A stretch of DNA of 58,445 bases, filler included, from Sluysia triapertura (Eukaryota), in assembly GCA_046118255.1 (NCBI GenBank). It is 4 parts of 4 records of this genome, joined end to end, with 100 filler letters (N's around TTAATTAATTAA, not from the genome) between each part and the next. Parts side by side here need not be neighbours in the genome. Positions count along the whole stretch, not along the records: positions 1 to 19,252 come from JBJNIA010083143.1; positions 19,353 to 32,050 come from JBJNIA010089130.1; 2 more parts are not named here. One strand, written 5' to 3'. The notes below the pieces were generated by a model that saw only the letters and a list, made by a program, of their open reading frames with translations, did not search any database and had not been told where the DNA came from. The position numbers and the translations under genes are program-made. Within the stretch, counting starts at the first letter, position 1. Every line of letters begins with the position of its first letter. Below, one piece after another: positions 14,901 to 27,639 of this stretch.

Positions 14901-15662
14901 TTTGAAAACCAACAACTATATTTTCATTTTGAACGTTTTTTTGAATATGTTAAAATATAGTAAATTTGATCAGACCGTAACTATCTGATTTAATATCTAA
15001 ATTTAAACTTGTTTGAACTGGTTGACTTAATATTTAACATCTAGCATAATTTGTCAGACCGTAACAGGCTGACTTAATTTTCATACATTACAATGTATTC
15101 GCACTAATTAGCACTAATTGAGCTTTCACAAACCACGATTTGTAAGTGTAATAACTACTTTTTAATTTTACTATAAAAACCTAATATAATGCCTCTTTGC
15201 AGATTTAAGTCGTGTTTATTAGGCGAACTCACCTCCAGAATTATTTTGTAAATGTAAGTTTTAACTTTCTTGGCATAAAAGAATGTGTATAAATCTAGAG
15301 AGAACGCACATAGAATTATAGAATATTTATACAACACATCATAAACAGCTTCAAAGGTGTTAAACTTTGAAGGTAATTCTATAGTGGTTGGAAAAATGTA
15401 AAGAGTTTTTGAGTTGCACTGAAGCACGCTCAAAAAAATTAAGCTATTAAACTGTACCAGATAACAACTATGTATCATACAAGTACAAAATATCAGGTTA
15501 CGAAAAATATAAGTAATGTTAAATATATTTACAAAATTTACTAAGTACAAACGCTATAAAGATAAAATAAGTGGTTTCTACCTGTGTGAATTTCACTAAT
15601 TTGACAAATAGTTTAAGTTTTATTGTCATTTTATGATTGACAAAATTTAATTCTTAATCAAT

Positions 15663-15700
15663 TTAAACCATTCGCTGCCAACCACAAATACACTCGTGAT
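15663..15700 (+). mobile_element. piggyBac-like element end, second copy
   Basis: Shares CCATTCGCTGCCAA after a TTAA with 43310. Confidence 0.5.
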
Positions 15701-16246
15701 ACTTTCAATATATTATAACTTACAACTTATGGAGCTTGAAAACCTGTTATGGCCACAAACATAAATATACAAGTGTAAAAACTTGGAAAAAATGGCTACA
15801 AATAAATGGTTTTTAAAAATATTCTACTTTATTTATTAATTAGTTATGGTTATTTCTTCCCAAATAATAATTTATTGATAGGTACACTTCTGACTCTACG
15901 AAACTCTACTGCTTACTGATGAGAGAGATGATACAGATAAACTCCTCTTATCTCTGAGACGAAATAGAATCTAAGTAATCATCAGCAGTGAATAACCAGC
16001 CTTTGCAAATTTACAGAAAATTGTGTCCCATTTTTTAGTATTTTTATATTTTCATCTATTTGTGTGACTCATGATTTGTTTTTTTTGCTTAAACGTGTGC
16101 AAATTTGTAAATCGCCAGCTTTTCAGCTTGGATTGAGGTTAAAATAGCCCACGCAGAATGTATTGTTAATACGAAATTGTAAAACAAATTAGTGCAACTC
16201 TAGTAATAAAATAACACAAAGAACTAACCCTGATTGGAATACTCAC

Positions 16247-19173
16247 TTGGAGGATTTCTTACAATAAATCTAGATAGGTCTAAGGGTTGACTGGGAAATT
16301 TCACAAATCGGTTTGATTTCTGCCATCGATTATTGGTAAATTGAAATCGCTTCAAATGGATTATCTGAAATAACAAAACCATTTGATAATTATATAGAAA
16401 ATGAACAACCGGCCATATTTTAAATTAAATTGTTTTATTACACAAACAAAATTCTTATTGTGATCACATATTCAGAAACATGAACTAGTATTACGGCTAT
16501 ATGAAAACTGTTTCCTTATGGCGGATTGGGAAGTAGAAAATAAGATTTAGAAACACTGTAAAAGTTATTATACGAAAACTTTCCTAATTCATTCATTTTT
16601 ATTTTAATATTTTACTTTTCCAGAAGTGAAACTGTAATACTTGACTTCGAAAATAGTGTTGATTTGTCTCACTTGATTTTAACATTCACACGCGTACTTT
16701 TCCAAATTTCTAAAGCAGATCATTTGAATACTCGAATTAACATGTCTGAACGTTAAAGCTGATGAAGTGCGTGTGCAATTTGTACGACACGTTATAAATA
16801 ACGTTATAAAATCCTCTCCATTGTAGGCTAAACAGAGAGGTGACTTTATGACATTTTACACTGTTTAATTCGATGAGTATCAATTAAAAGAGATATTACT
16901 TCATTGTGACAACGTATATTTACTTTACTCGGTTTATATTTACACCAAGCTAATTTGAATTTATTTCAATTTAGGTCATCTACATTAGAGCTTTACAAAT
17001 ATTCTGATCTGTATTTCGCTGTATATAAGTTAATTTCCAAAATGAAAGTGTCACCATTGAAATGCTTGACATATGTTAATTTCCATATCTTAAAAAATTT
17101 TCCAAACAATAGATGATGAAATTCATATAATATTTTAATCATGTATATCAATGAAATTACTGTAAACATTCTGATCATTGGTTTCATTTCATGGATGTTG
17201 AAATTGTTCTAATTTGTCTTAATTATTAGATGAGAATTAAAAATTTGTTGCATTTTTATCGGTAAGGAATTTGATGTAGTAACTTTCTGCAAAGCACCAC
17301 TTTGAGGATGATATATTAACTGGTAGTGACTATTGTGATTACGACTCACGATAACAAGCTTTTTATCGTAAGCATACATTGTATGCATTTTTCATGGATA
17401 ACGTCGTTCTAGGTCATTTCTAAAATGAGTTTCTCATTACCTTCCACACTAAGTAGTTGAGTACAACTACCATATTCTTAGATTATGTTTTTTCAGGTCA
17501 CTTCTAACAAAAGTTAAATTGACTCCGCTTAATAAAAAATTCTGATTACACACTTACAATTCCTTTGACATGGAATTGTAACTTCCGCTTTCCATTAACA
17601 CGGAATGGTCGTGCATTTTCTAAATAAATGGATTGCCGACGAATTCGCTTATGAATAGGTAAAATGATTGTTCTTTGGTTGCCATGCTTAACAAAATGGA
17701 CGCTTCTACATAATATTCTAAAGAATCTAGCCTTGTTGTTGGCTATTTATTTATCTCAAATTTAATAAATTTCATTAATATTTTGCACCCAATGATTAGG
17801 TGGTAATATTGATTTGTAAAAATAAGTCAATATATAAAACGGTCAACATTAAGCAGTGCTAGCCCAAACGTCCACGAGTGCCAAAGTTTTACAATAGAAA
17901 AAAGAATTTTTAGAAATTAAAAATAATCAATGAGCTTGAAGATTTCACTGAAAGCACGATTTCTAAAACCAGAATATCAATAATAAATTGTAGTAAATAA
18001 TTATAACATCAAGCTAACAAGGACAGGCGGTAAATTCCACAAATCAAGTTTTTTATGAGCTGCTTGAGGTTGTGCACATTTTGAGCATTGATAAGGTGTG
18101 TCTTTATCGAGTGATTCTTTTGCGACAAAATGATCCACACAATCTATCAGGTTTAAATGATCTTTGTGCTCAAATGAAGCCTTGCATAGACCTGCATTTG
18201 AACTAGGTGTTACACTAGAAATCTGAATTAACGGAATTAAAATAGAATAAAATGCTATTAAATTTATTTCAACAAATCTAAAATCAGAAATAAATTTAAC
18301 ATTTAATTTAAATATTTAAAGAACATACAATAGTAATTATATTACGTTGGTACCTCTACTAACAAAAGGCTCTACGAACGAAATTTTCAGATTGCGAAAC
18401 GGAAAAATATTACCTCTAGTTAGAAAAGAAATTTCAGGATACGAAAGGTAAAAACTTTGACGGTAAACTGTGACCGAGGCCATCTTTAATGACCTCCTGA
18501 AGGAGAATGCAGACGAGGAACCGATTAGGGCATTTAGAAGGAAAAAGAGACTCTACTTACGAATTTTTCTCGTTACGAAACGACTTCCAGAACGAATTAA
18601 TTTCTAATTTAATTTGTGTAATTGTAGTTTGGAATAATTAAGTATTAAATCTGCAAAGTCCTTATTCAATGGTCAGTAATCGACTAGAATGAGTGTGTAA
18701 GCCTGATTAATTACAAAAAAATTTCAAAATCTAAAATATAATCTATAATTTCGGCTGAATGTGTCAATCGATATAAAGTAATTAATGTTACAAAGCCTTT
18801 ATTTTTCATTGACATAATTTAAACTGTTTACTTAATCAGTTAAATAGAAATGTTTATAAATCTTCACAATGTTAATTGTTACACTTATTCGAAGAGTAAC
18901 GATTCAAGAAAGCTCGTAGACGTTTTAAGAAAGGTTTCTAATGTGTGTTTGTTGATGGAGTAAAGGTATAGATGATTTATTTTATGATAAATTGTGTCTT
19001 TCTATAAAATTTTAGATCAGCACAAAAATAAACTTACTAAATATTGAGTTGGATATGATTTTATGTGTAATGTAGCTAAAGGCCAATCAATGGCGAGATA
19101 ATGTGCTTCATTGGTCGAATTGACATCTTCATACACGGAATTGTTAAAGGGGATTACACAACCGTAGCAGAAT
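16247..19173 (-). CDS. USP32: Ubiquitin carboxyl-terminal hydrolase USP32-like, three internal exons (19173-19038, 18222-18019, 16364-16247); partial gene
   Basis: Manual translation gives (R)FCYGCVIPFNNSVYEDVNSTNEAHYLAIDWPLATLHIKSYPTQYL | ISSVTPSS...HLNLIDCVDHFVAKESLDKDTPYQCSKCAQPQAAHKKLDLWNLPPVL | IIHLKRFQFTNNRWQKSNRFVKFPSQPLDLSRFIVRNPP. All exons have canonical AG/GT borders and the two junctions join in phase 0. The motifs follow the USP32/USP6 order (FCxGC...IAVDW...LHL, CSKC...KKLDLWxLPPxL, IIHLKRFQF..RW.KS...VKFP). The 5' part runs into the (AAT)n tract and linker at 19253. Confidence 0.9.
17200..17420 (-). mobile_element. LTR-retrotransposon integrase relic
   Basis: TTS.YHPQSG (YHPQSG at 17313-17296) resembles the rve motif T.YHPQSNG. 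The rest is heavily decayed. Confidence 0.35.
17854..17890 (+). mobile_element. hAT terminal fragment inside a USP32 intron
   Basis: CAGTGCTAGCCCAAACGTCCACGAGTGCCAAAG resembles the CAGTG...CACGxGTGCCAAA hAT end. Confidence 0.35.
18343..18610 (+). mobile_element. Tigger/pogo-like MITE remnant in a USP32 intron
   Basis: TA-flanked GGTACCTCTACT start, repeated TACGAA motifs, and a 3' CTCTACTTACGAA...GAACGAATTAATTTC segment typical of such elements. Confidence 0.5.
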
Positions 19174-19179
19174 CTGGTC

Positions 19180-19252
<73 letters not shown>
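19180..19252. repeat. (AAT)n microsatellite
   Basis: Perfect trinucleotide run ending at the contig edge. Confidence 0.95.
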
Positions 19253-19352
19253 NNNNNNNNNNNNNNNNNNNNNNNNNNNNNNNNNNNNNNNNNNNNTTAA
19301 TTAATTAANNNNNNNNNNNNNNNNNNNNNNNNNNNNNNNNNNNNNNNNNNNN
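19253..19352. other. Artificial contig linker
   Basis: 44 N + TTAATTAATTAA (stops in all six frames) + 44 N. Confidence 0.95.
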
Positions 19353-21591
19353 CAATAATGTTTACCATGTTCAATCCATCACTTTGTATCAGTTTTCTCT
19401 TGATTTTATAGTTCTATAAGTTTCTTACTTATTTCCTGATCCACATTTGGGCAATCCCAACAAATAAAATGATTCGTACATGCATGAGATAGATAATAGT
19501 TTGTTGGGATTGCTCAGCTGTGAATCAGGTTGCTGGTGTTTTATATGAATTATCTTGTACTTAACAGCAAATTACCTGAGGGATCGGTCCACTTAATATA
19601 TACGCGTTATATCAATTCTGGAGACGTATTATTAGGGTTTTGACTCAAAAATTTATATTAAGCTAACTTATTGACCGATGCAACTAAATAAGTTCGATCT
19701 GATTTTTTAAGTTTGGTAATTTTATTAAATTGCACAACCCTATATTAAGGTGTTGTTTCTAAATAGAAAATTATACAACTCCCCTTACTTAGATGTTGTA
19801 TTGAAAAAAATATGTTACGCATATTTCACAACCCTTTTATTAAGGTGTTGTTAAACAAATGAGATTTTAATACCTTATTATGTTGCACCGTTCTTTAAAT
19901 CACTAATGTTTGATTAACTAATGAAATCCGGAAAACAATACTTTATTTAAATTAAGACAACTATAAAACTTATGATAATCGACGAGTAATAAAATTATAA
20001 TAATAATAGCACGTTAAAACAACTCGGCACCTGGTCGGTTATTAATATAAAATTTAATTGAAAGGTTTCCTAACCCTATATTAAGGTGTTGGTACAAAAG
20101 AATATAATTAGTTTGAGTGATATTTTAATATTCCAACTTAGAGTGAATATATGTAAAACTTATATAATAATAAATAACTTTGTAACTGGCTTTGAACTCA
20201 TTTTTGCATCAAACTTGGACATTTAAAATTTTTAGAAATTTTTCTACTGTGTCTAAATTGTTTAATGTTACCCTATTCATACTTACTTTTATCTGCTTTG
20301 TTTAAAATTTTTTCTTTATTAAAATAATTTCTTTTAAATTCTTTCTAAAATAATAATTTTCTTTATAATAATTTAAAATTTTTTCTTAATTCTAAACTAA
20401 ATTATTTAATTTAAACAAAAAACAAAAACTTACATAATTTTCTTTATTTTAATTTTAATATTTAAATTAATTTATATTTTTATCTTTTTAATTTATTTTA
20501 TATTATTTTTATATTTTTATTTTAACTATATAATAATATTTACAATAAAATTTACCATAAAATCAAAAAATATAAAAACATAAAAACATGAATTCTTCAC
20601 AAATTACTTTCCCTTTCGGGAAGATTTGTCCTCCAATTAAAAGATTATTATTATAAATCACATTATTATAAATATTATGTTAGTCTAAAAAAATTCATTA
20701 TTATGAATAATCACATTATTATTAATGTTATGTTATTCTAAATCAACTGAATCACTGTCTTCTTCTAGGAGATAATCGTGGCGGATTAGCACATGTGTCT
20801 TACTTTCGTCGCGGAATTTGAGTGGCGATAACATCCTCAGGTCATTTGATGGCTTGCGTGATGTAAGATGAGTTGTTATCTATTTTTTCATGAATCACTT
20901 TTTATATTAAAATAACAATTATGAATTAAAATTACTTAAAAATTATGAATTAATTTGATTAATTTTAATTAATTAATTTTCAATTCCTCAGTCTCAATTA
21001 TCAAACAGGCCATTTCACAAACACTGAGGAGTTCTCCTATTTCACAGCAATCGCCGTACTCAAGTCATCATCTTTTCATCATTCGAAATATGAAACTCTC
21101 ATCATTTTTTAATTAAAAATTAATTAAAATTCGACTTTGCTCTATATGGATGCTTTCCTCCGATGAACTCAATCAGAACTTATCTTCATCAGAAGGTCTC
21201 TTTAAAACACATGCACTCACAATTACAATTGTAACAAAACATTCCTCATTCAAAAGTTATTGACACAAACATATTTTTTCTTAATTAAGTTAATTAAAAT
21301 TTTTAATTAATTAATTATTTTAACTTATTTAATTCTAAGTTTAAAGGTTTTATTATGGTTATAAAATTGTTAAATACTTTATAAGGTACTCAGGAGGCTA
21401 TAGATGTTTTCTACTTCATTACTCTGATTCATTTTTCTACTTTTATATGTTAAACAATACAAGAAGTAACGGTGAGAAATTTCAAAAAGATACCAAAATT
21501 TACGAAATGACAGAATAAAAAATTTGGAGTATATACTATCGAAAACTCAAATCCTCTCGATCGCGACACTAAATTAGATTAGTATTATAAC

Positions 21592-22002
21592 ATGCTTTTT
21601 AAAGGTAAATTTGTTTTAAGTGAATCTTTTAAAGCCTTTAATGATATATTATCATTCATTGATATATCCGATGATGTTAAACTACACATTTATAATTTCC
21701 ACCAAGAAATCGAATCTGATGAAACAAATCATATGGGAGAATTAAGAAGAATGATTAAAGCCATTTATGATCCTAACCACTTATTATATCTTATTAATCT
21801 TACTTTAGATCCAGCTATTAGTTATAGTTTTAATTCAACATGGTATTATCTTATGATAATTAAAAATGATTATGTTGTGATTCATTCATATAAATCAACA
21901 TGCGATATCGTCACTGAGTTAGTAACTCAACTAACAGAAGACGAGACTTTGAATTTTGATCCAAATAATCTGGTTGTTTATCATACCAAAAAAAGAAGTT
22001 AA
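21592..22002 (+). CDS. Hypothetical protein fragment within a larger decayed gene (about 20590-23010)
   Basis: A 136-aa ORF with normal composition. ELRRMIKAIYDPNHLLYLINLTLDPA is reminiscent of EIRSQVYDDDDL..VQLRFTLDPA in the U2 cargo. Confidence 0.3.
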   Translation: MLFKGKFVLSESFKAFNDILSFIDISDDVKLHIYNFHQEIESDETNHMGELRRMIKAIYDPNHLLYLINLTLDPAISYSFNSTWYYLMIIKNDYVVIHSYKSTCDIVTELVTQLTEDETLNFDPNNLVVYHTKKRS

Positions 22003-24176
22003 GCGATTCCAAAAGCTATGATGAAATTAACTATGAAATTAACTATGAAATTAAAAGGAGCACAAGTCGAGATCGACATGCTGAATAAAGTTTTTAGAAA
22101 TGCAAAAAACTACATATATTTCATATGCAAGCTACGGAAAGTTTAAATAACGCTGAAACTGTTTATGTACTAACTAGCTCATCAACAATATACCAATTGA
22201 TGTGTGTTACTCGTAATTCAACTATGTCTGGAGAATGACGCTCATTTATGAGAGACTATTAGGTCACGAAGAGGTATTTCTATATCTAACGAACCCCTGA
22301 TACCAGCCTTACCCACGTGATCGTCAATCAACAACGAAGTTTATAATTATTTCTAATGCTTTTAATAAACTAACAAATCTCAAACGTAATTGCTCAAATT
22401 CAACGAATGATCATTCTAAAATTAGTAAATTATGGTAACATTCATGCGAAATTAAAATTTAAGATATTATTGATTCTATGAATATATTAGTCAAATTCGT
22501 TCCGGGTTTGGTCAATATTGTTCGCATAATTTATACCACATTTCCTGTAAACACATCATTAATGGTCTTCGGATTCGAGACAAATATTCAATTACTGACC
22601 AATGATTTTCACATCAAAAGACTTTGTACTATGAAAGATAAATCTACATTGTCACAGTTTATACAGAATCAATCAAACACCATTTCCTATGAAACATTAA
22701 TAACAGTAAATTTTATTTTTATTAATCTTGATTTCTATGTTAATCTCATAAATTTTTTAGAATGCAATTCCAAGACAGGGCCAATGGACATAACGAAAGA
22801 TGCAGTACCGGAATCGTCAATGATTATCAAAATTTTAAATAAAAATTTGTACTTTATAGTTATACTGTTCTACGGCTTAATAAATAATATTCCTTGTTTA
22901 ATTAATAACGTTTTAATTAATAAATATTCGTTCAATGAATCAAAGTTTGTATTAGATATAATAAAAAAATTAAGTAATAGCTTATTTCGTCTTTATAAAT
23001 CACAGTACTAAAATTAGATGTAGTAATCTAATAAGAGACATTCGACAAGTACCATTCGTATACTATAACTTTAGTTTAAGATTACTGGGTATGTAAAAAT
23101 AATATTTAAGACTTTAAAGTTTTCAATTTTATATCAACTCAACAATGTCCTGAGTCAATATTCAATGAGTTTAAACATTAATACCCTAAAGAAATATGTC
23201 ATTTGCGTCAATTGAGACGCACTTGGTCCTTCTAGTATTAATTATTTTTATTATTAGCATTATTTTATTATTATTCTATTACTGTTATAAATAATATAAT
23301 AATAATATTATTATTATATCACTAATAATATTATTAATAAAGCACTAATATTAATATTATTTTAATATAATTAATAATATTATTATTAAAATGAAAACAT
23401 ATTAATTTCAGTTATCAGTAGTAAATCATTAATATAATCATTTCGTATGTCCATCATCTGAGTCACTATTTTAAATAAGCATAAAATTTTTAACAATAAT
23501 GAAATTATTATGAATGTGTTTATGTTTTGTATATTTGAGTCATAGTTTGTTTAATAACTTGTTTATGTTAGATGTGTCGATTTGTGTTGAAGTTTGTTTA
23601 TGATTGTTATGAGTTGATTTGGAGGTCACTACAATAGTGAACACATTTAAAGCAATAATGACAGAAGAAATATGGTTGAATTTTTAAAACAAATATGTTA
23701 CAACAAAATTGTTGTTACAATTTACGAATATAAATTTATGTAAATAAAATATCAGAGACTACTAAAAGATAAAGAATTGTTTATAATTTACTTCATCTTT
23801 GTAGAATGTAGAACTAGAAAAATTCTAGAGGATATTTTGTTTAAACCTGGTCATAATGTAATTGTATTAATGATTTTATTCTATATTTTAACATTGTCAA
23901 ACATTCTAAACTTTTAAGGATATGGAAACTTTTGTTTATACTAATATAATAGAAGGACATTTGAATGTACTCAAAGATTAAATCACCAATTCCCTACAAT
24001 AACAAAGCAACTTGTAAATATTTAATCACTTATGTTTATTATATTTAAAACAATAAATAAATCCATTTGAAATTAGAATCAATAATTTTTTCAAAACTAT
24101 GGCAAATTATTGAGATGGTTAGACTACCGCTTTATTTTAGGGGAACTGGGTAACTTGTACCTCTCTTATTTATATC

Positions 24177-25440
24177 TGTAGTGGCCAACACTCATAATTT
24201 AAAATTAATCAAAATTTCATATGTAATATTCACAAATTAAATTACTCTAAAATCCAATTTTCACAATAATCACACTTTTTACTATCGAACTACACCAACT
24301 CAAACATCAGAAAATTAAAATTCGATATTTACAACACCTCATCAATTCACATATATCAACAATTCAACTAACATTTCAACCATCCATAGCATAACAAACT
24401 TTGTCATTTAACGTCGATTAATTCACAACATTCATTCACCAGATATTTCAACAAACAAATCACAATCACAATATAAAATACACAAATCATAAACATAATA
24501 GCATTATTCTACAACACCAACAACTACCTAGAAACATAGATCATTTCCATCTAAAACCTTAATCACAACACCGACCTAAACCCACTTCATATACACATAT
24601 TCATCATTAACAATTACTCACAATAACATTATAATATATTAAGATTTATTTTGTAATCGTCATTTAAAATTAAATTAACTTCAACCTTCAATAAGCATTT
24701 TAAACCATTAAATCTAATGCATAAATCTTGTTTTCAAATTATAAACCTTTAATAACTTTCAATAAATTAATCTAACATTCTTCATTTTACTTACAACCTA
24801 AACCATTACATCTTTCAAAACAAATTTTAAATAACTTTAAAGAATTCATTATTCGACTGTGAAGCAACAACGATAACCGACATTTACTATGTCTTATTAC
24901 CGTTGCTCCCTCACAGTGTATTATTTGTTTGTTGTTTCTCTATTAATTTCATCATTTTTATATGTAGAACAAGTTAAAAATACAAAGAAAAAGATCGTGT
25001 TGGATTATGTATAAAGAGATTTATGTATTTTATATTTTTACATACATTAATAATCATAATATTTTCGTTGTTATTATTATTATTATTGTGACTATTATTA
25101 TTTCTCATTAAAAATTTAAATCAATTTTGATTGTCGCCATCATCAGTAGTGACATTTCATTAACACCCAATCACAACAAGAAAATGCATATAAGGTCATA
25201 TCAGTTGTGATTGGACAATCAATCATATGCAAAATTTCTGTGCTTTCTCAGTTGGAATTATCAGACAGTATAACACACACCACCCAATCAGATTGATCAC
25301 TGTCTATCTCATTAATTAGTAATCTGATTGGGTGGATAATAAAAAATTTTTTAAAAATACAAAAATTTTTGGCTTACAATAAAAAATCAGACAATAGAGA
25401 AATTGTAGAAAATTGTTTAAAAATTCAATTCTTCTTAAAA
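24177..25440 (+). mobile_element. Cassette U1 5' module: TGTAGTGGCCAAC terminus, C/A-rich arm, hairpin 0, conserved spacer, inverted repeats
   Basis: Collinear homology with 37263-38400, for example AATGCATAAATCTTGTTTTCAA and TCTAACATTCTTCATTT(T/C)ACTTACAAC in both copies. Inverted repeats at 24861-24910, 25167-25214 and 25280-25335. Confidence 0.75.
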
Positions 25441-26700
25441 TGGATAAAGATTTCATTAAACCATGTATTAATATCGATGTAAGACTAATGCAGCTTTCAA
25501 CGCATGTCTTAACAGGCTTTTTATGTCATTTTAATCATTATATGATGAAAGTTGATACAAAACAAAAAGATAAAGAATTTTCTTCGCTATTATAACTTTA
25601 AAAGTGTTAATAATTCTACGATTATGTCAAGAACTAAAGATTTTAAAGTGTACAGTTTGGATTTATCAAAGGAGTCATTTGAAGAATTAAATATTTTTAT
25701 TATTTCTAATCAAGAGTATTAACAGCGATAAGATAGATGATTTATATCCATTTGTATTTGAACCAATTTTCAAGATTAATATAAATTGTTGGAATCGATT
25801 TAAACCAAACCATGAATTCTTAAAATCTCTAATATCAAGAAAGTGGGCCCACCTTCCAAAATCGTTATATTCTAATAATTATAATTATGGTATATATATT
25901 ATGATTCCATTTTGTGTTAGTCATGAAAATAATTTTATATCATCCAGAATGTATATAAATGATCGTTTTTCAATTTTAGTATATTATCATGATAGAAATA
26001 GGTCTAGTTTAATGAGATGTAGTCAATATTCAAATGTGACATTAAAAATGAATCCCATTGATCCGATAACCAAATCATTGCTACATGAATATGAATTTAA
26101 GCATTTAAGAATAGAATCCACTTTAATTAAAACTCCAACAGTAGGAGTTAAACTATTGAAGAATAATGATTTAGTATTCGATAAAGTGGCAAATATACTG
26201 ACAGATCTTCACAAGTTATTCGAAATTGAACATGATAACTGCGACATTAAATTAGCTAATCAGAATATAAATCGATGTTTACTTCTAGTAAATGGTTCTA
26301 CCGAATGCTGAACTTGATTCGAGTTAATCAAATATTAATACTATGGATTCTTAGTCATCCTGGCATAACCTGCGTATTGATAGGCGAAAAGGAATATGAT
26401 TACGAACTGATTTCGTCAAGTAATGTACAACTAACTTTGTTAGTAGAGACTATGACTATGGAAAGAAGCCTTCAATATATTTTGGCAATAAGTAAAGACA
26501 TAAATGCGGTCACAAACAGTTCTTATAAATTTTCACGTAATATTAATTCTGTTAGTTTTGAATTTATTTTTTTTATTTTTATTTTAATTATTTTTTAGTT
26601 AATTTAGGCAAATACAGGACCATAAACTGGCGGCGAATCGCGGTCATTATGATACAATTATTCGTGTTAACCAAAATTTAGAAACCAATTTTCAGGTTCA
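25440..26700 (+). pseudogene. Orphan cargo gene of cassette U1, with several stops and frameshifts
   Basis: Consecutive ORF pieces (25413, 25901, 26275) start about 105 nt after the last hairpin. There is a 48-nt GT-AG intron at 26551-26598. QNRYILIIYNYGIYIM resembles KDRYIVLMFLNPEIYII in the U2 cargo. Confidence 0.5.
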
Positions 26701-27568
26701 CAATTTTATTTATCTAATAATAAATATTAGAAATAGATTTTTAATTTTAGTTCATAAATTTAGTATAAAATCTTTAGGTATGGGAGTAAAAACTAAATAT
26801 ATTATAATAAATTACGCCAAACATAGATTTAAGGTATGTTATTGTTCGAATAATTCTGAAAGAGCTGTAAAAATGTGACAATAATAAAAATAAACAAAGT
26901 AATGAATATATTCTTTTACCAAATGCTGAACTTCAGTTTAAATAACTTTATGGGAAATTATATGTATTAATAATCTTTAAGATACTACTCAATCCTATCT
27001 TTCGTAATAAAATTTATAAGACGCCCTCAAATACCTCTCATATCTTAAAAACAAATATTAAATTTGGAAATTTTGGTTCAAAATTACATTTAAAATATAA
27101 CTCATCACCATTCAAACCCACAACACCCATAAAATGGTGTCTTTTAAAACATTGTCTATTACAAACGAAACATCTATCCCCCATATTATAATTATCTCCA
27201 AGTTTTACAGTAAAGACAATCCCCACGGTCATCCCTACATCATTATAGCACTACACCTTGTATTTTTATATTTTTATACAGCAATTGTTTCAATGTATAA
27301 AAATTGTTCAAAACATTGACCTTATTACTAAAATTAGTTTTCAAAAATTTTTTAAAATGAATTTTATAAATCTAAAAACAAAAATGGTGACTAACATGAG
27401 CTACAGTTATGTTTTGAATAAAATCGCGATGCTGTGTCGAAGTATCGGTTTATATATTGTCAACGAAATATCTTCTGTTTTAAATTTCTACATTTTCTGT
27501 TTATATTTATATTTATGCATTTGTATTTTTTTAATAATTTATACAATTATTAATATTAGATTTAATTT

Positions 27569-27569
<1 letters not shown>

Positions 27570-27636
<67 letters not shown>
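27570..27636. repeat. (AAT)n microsatellite
   Basis: Perfect run; it produces the spurious poly-Ile ORF. Confidence 0.95.

Positions 27637-27639
<3 letters not shown>

Noticed and set aside
19297-19308. TTAATTAATTAA repeated inside N runs (also 32095 and 43427)
   Set aside because: An identical 44N-12-44N layout three times indicates an assembly linker. It is not biology, and synteny across it cannot be assumed.
19734-20091. Repeat-spacer pattern read as a CRISPR array
   Set aside because: Eukaryotic context, irregular spacing, few and degenerate repeats, and no cas genes.
27038-27232. ORF with CFVCNRQCFKRHH read as a zinc finger
   Set aside because: It lies in a G/T-skewed strand where Cys/Val/Gly codons arise by chance, and it has no supporting gene structure.
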